A stretch of DNA of 61,821 nt from positions 1 through 61,821 of the forward strand of contig JANRLW010000058.1 of assembly GCA_033762295.1 (NCBI GenBank). The letters are read 5' to 3'. The translations under genes were made by a program, and so were the position numbers. Of this stretch, positions 59,320-61,821 are shown piece by piece. The notes beneath the pieces were generated by a model, which searched no databases, was not told the origin of the DNA, and worked only from the letters and a program-made list of their open reading frames with translations. The stretch's first letter is position 1. Each line of letters starts with the position of its first letter. Source of the stretch: Capsulimonadales bacterium. GTDB lineage: Bacteria; Armatimonadota; Armatimonadia; Armatimonadales; Armatimonadaceae.

Positions 59320-61821
59320 TTAGTTGTCGGACGGCGCGGGCAACTCCGGCATTCCGATCGGCGGTGTGAGCGCCGCCGGTTCGCCCTCGTCCCCCTCCGC
59401 GCTTTCGACCTTACGGAAGATGACCACGGCCTTTTCGCCTTCGCCATCCAGTTCGGCGCGGATCGTATCCCCGTGCGAGAAGCGTCCCAGCAGGACCTCC
59501 TCCGCCAGCGGGTCCTCGATCAGCCGTTGAACCGCGCGGCGCAGCGGACGTGCTCCGTACTGCGGATCGTACCCCTCGGTCGCCAGTCGCTCCAGCACCG
59601 CATCGCTCAGTTCCAGTTCCATGCCATGCTGGCGGATCTGTTTCCGAACGCTGTTCAGCATCAGGCCGACGATCTGATGGATATCCGCCGAGGTGAGCGA
59701 GTGGAAGACGATCGTCTCATCGACACGGTTGATGAACTCCGGCCGGAAGACGCGTTTCAGCTCCTCCTGAATCCGGGCTTTCATCGCCTCGTACGACTTG
59801 GCATCCTCATCCCTCGGTTTCTGCTGACGCAGGCCGATCCCCGGTTCACGGTTGATGATATGCGCCCCGATATTCGAGGTCATGATAATCACCGTGTTCT
59901 TGAAGTCGACCACCCGGCCCTGCGAGTCGGTCAGGCGTCCGTCCTCCATCACCTGAAGCAACAGGTTGAAGACTTCGGGATGCGCCTTCTCGACCTCATC
60001 GAGCAGGATCACGGAGTACGGCTGGCGGCGGACGGCTTCGGTCAACTGCCCGCCCTCATCGTAACCGACATATCCCGGAGGCGCGCCGACCAGTCGGGAG
60101 ACGGCGAACCGCTCCATATACTCGGACATATCGATCCGGATCAGGGCGTCTTCCTTCTCGAACAGGAACTGCGCCAGGGCGCGGGCCAGTTCGGTCTTTC
60201 CGACACCGGTCGGGCCGAGGAACAGGAACGAACCCATCGGCCGTTTCGGGTCTTTCAGGCCCGAGCGGGCGCGGCGAACGGCCTTGGAAACGGCGACGAT
60301 CGCCTCGTGCTGGGAGATGATCCGCTTGTGCAGTTCCTCCTCCATTTTGAGGAGTTTCTGCGTCTCGGTTTCGACCAGTCGGTTCACCGGAATGCCGGTC
60401 CAGGAGTAGACGATCTGAGCGATCTCATCCTCGCCGACCAGCATCTGGGCGGCAGCCCGCTCTTCGTCCCATTTGGCCTGCTGCTGGGTGATCCGGTCGC
60501 GGAGGTAGGCTTTCTCCTCCTCCAGGAACTTGACCCGGTCATAATCGCCGCGCTGTGGCAGGCTGTTCAGTTCCTTCTCGATCTTCGCCAGTTGCTGCTT
60601 GGCTTCGCGCAGCGCCTGCGGAGCCATCGCCGAGCGCAGGCGAACACGGGACGCGGCCTCGTCCATCAGGTCGATCGCCTTGTCCGGAAGGAAACGGTCG
60701 GAGATATAGCGGTCCGCGAGTCGCGCCGCCGCATCGAGGGCGGCATCGGTGATCTCCACCTTGTGATGCTCCTCGTACTTGTAGCGCAGACCACGCAGAA
60801 TCTCGACGGCCTCATCCACGGTCGGCTCGGAAACCTTGACCATCTGGAAGCGGCGGGCGAGAGCGGCATCGCGTTCGATGTACTTGCGAAACTCGTCCAG
60901 CGTGGTCGCGCCGATGCACTGGAGTTCGCCGCGCGCCAGCGCCGGCTTCATAATGTTGGAGGCGTCGATCGCCCCCTCCGCCGCTCCCGCGCCGACGAGC
61001 GTGTGCAGTTCGTCGATGAAGAGGATGACCTCGCCCGACGCTTTCCGCACCTCATCCATCACGCGCTTCATTCGCTCCTCGAACTCGCCCCGGTACTTCG
61101 TCCCCGCGACCAGACCGGCCAGGTCCAGCGCGACGATCCGCTTGTCCTTCAGCATCTCCGGCACGTCCTGCGCGATGATGCGATTGGCGAGCCCCTCGGC
61201 GATGGCGGTCTTGCCGACGCCGGGTTCGCCAACGAGCACCGGGTTGTTCTTGGTGCGCCGGGAGAGTATCTGGATGACGCGCTCGATCTCCGCGTTACGG
61301 CCGACGACCGGATCGAGCTTGTCGGAACGAGCCAGTTCGGTGTAGTCCCGACCGAACTCGTCCAGGGTGGGCGTGCGCGACCGCTGGGGGCGTCCGCCCT
61401 GCTGCCCGACCTGCGCCGGTTCGGCATCCTGCAACTGAATCACCTCGCGCCGGGTCCGCTCCAGGTCGACGCCCAGTTTGTTGAGGACCCGACCGGCCAA
61501 CCCCTCGCCCTCCCGGATCAAGCCCAGAAGCAGGTGTTCGGTACCGATATAGTTATTGTTGAGCTGTCGCGCTTCGTCATACGCCAGGTCGATCACCCGC
61601 TTGGCGCGCGGCGTCAGTTGCATATCCTGCCCCAGACGTCCGTCGCCTCGCGCGACCTGTCTTTCGATCTCCGAGCGGATCCGTCCCAGGCTTACCCCGA
61701 GCCGGTCGAGAATCCGTGCCGCCACGCTGTCATTCTCTCGAACCAGTCCCAGGAGCAGGTGTTCCGTCGATACGTAGTTCTCGCCCAGCCTGCCGGCCTC
61801 TTCCTGTGCGAAAAAGACCAC
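59320..61821 (-). CDS. clpC: ATP-dependent Clp protease ATP-binding subunit ClpC (5' end outside window)
   Basis: Clp N repeats, GEPGVGKT and GPTGVGKT Walker A motifs, [16 protein letters not shown]. Confidence 0.96.
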   Translation of the reverse strand: MVFFAQEEAGRLGENYVSTEHLLLGLVRENDSVAARILDRLGVSLGRIRSEIERQVARGDGRLGQDMQLTPRAKRVIDLAYDEARQLNNNYIGTEHLLLGLIREGEGLAGRVLNKLGVDLERTRREVIQLQDAEPAQVGQQGGRPQRSRTPTLDEFGRDYTELARSDKLDPVVGRNAEIERVIQILSRRTKNNPVLVGEPGVGKTAIAEGLANRIIAQDVPEMLKDKRIVALDLAGLVAGTKYRGEFEERMKRVMDEVRKASGEVILFIDELHTLVGAGAAEGAIDASNIMKPALARGELQCIGATTLDEFRKYIERDAALARRFQMVKVSEPTVDEAVEILRGLRYKYEEHHKVEITDAALDAAARLADRYISDRFLPDKAIDLMDEAASRVRLRSAMAPQALREAKQQLAKIEKELNSLPQRGDYDRVKFLEEEKAYLRDRITQQQAKWDEERAAAQMLVGEDEIAQIVYSWTGIPVNRLVETETQKLLKMEEELHKRIISQHEAIVAVSKAVRRARSGLKDPKRPMGSFLFLGPTGVGKTELARALAQFLFEKEDALIRIDMSEYMERFAVSRLVGAPPGYVGYDEGGQLTEAVRRQPYSVILLDEVEKAHPEVFNLLLQVMEDGRLTDSQGRVVDFKNTVIIMTSNIGAHIINREPGIGLRQQKPRDEDAKSYEAMKARIQEELKRVFRPEFINRVDETIVFHSLTSADIHQIVGLMLNSVRKQIRQHGMELELSDAVLERLATEGYDPQYGARPLRRAVQRLIEDPLAEEVLLGRFSHGDTIRAELDGEGEKAVVIFRKVESAEGDEGEPAALTPPIGMPELPAPSDN

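Overview
High-GC bacterial chromosomal window with about 55 densely packed CDSs. It is mostly housekeeping or metabolic: cysK/cymR, hpt, maf, ruvC, rel, rqcH, hemB, dus, transaldolase, mrp, livKHM and a 5'-truncated clpC. It also carries signalling genes (ECF sigma, two histidine kinases plus an OmpR-type regulator, STAS, CHASE2 adenylate cyclase plus FecR) and surface genes (two PilC, a DUF1559-type prepilin, a PEP-CTERM protein). PEP-CTERM plus H-X9-DG prepilin plus Terrabacteria-type ClpC/RqcH/CymR suggests Armatimonadota (inference). I recognised no rRNA, tRNA, CRISPR array, transposase, integrase or prophage. The most notable observations are: (1) a stand-alone homologue of the cyanophycin synthetase N-terminal metallopeptidase domain with an intact metal site; (2) a His-less PPC/DUF296 domain fused to an intact RNase HI; (3) a recurrent TANNNT + 6 nt + start codon architecture implying many leaderless mRNAs, including two back-to-back promoter pairs; (4) an ECF sigma with no adjacent anti-sigma, divergent from an HK-HK-RR operon across 11-bp-period repeats, with an AAC-N17-(C/T)GT motif recurring upstream of four genes including rel; (5) several apparent pseudo-enzymes. 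All calls come from motif recognition by eye and no database searches were run.
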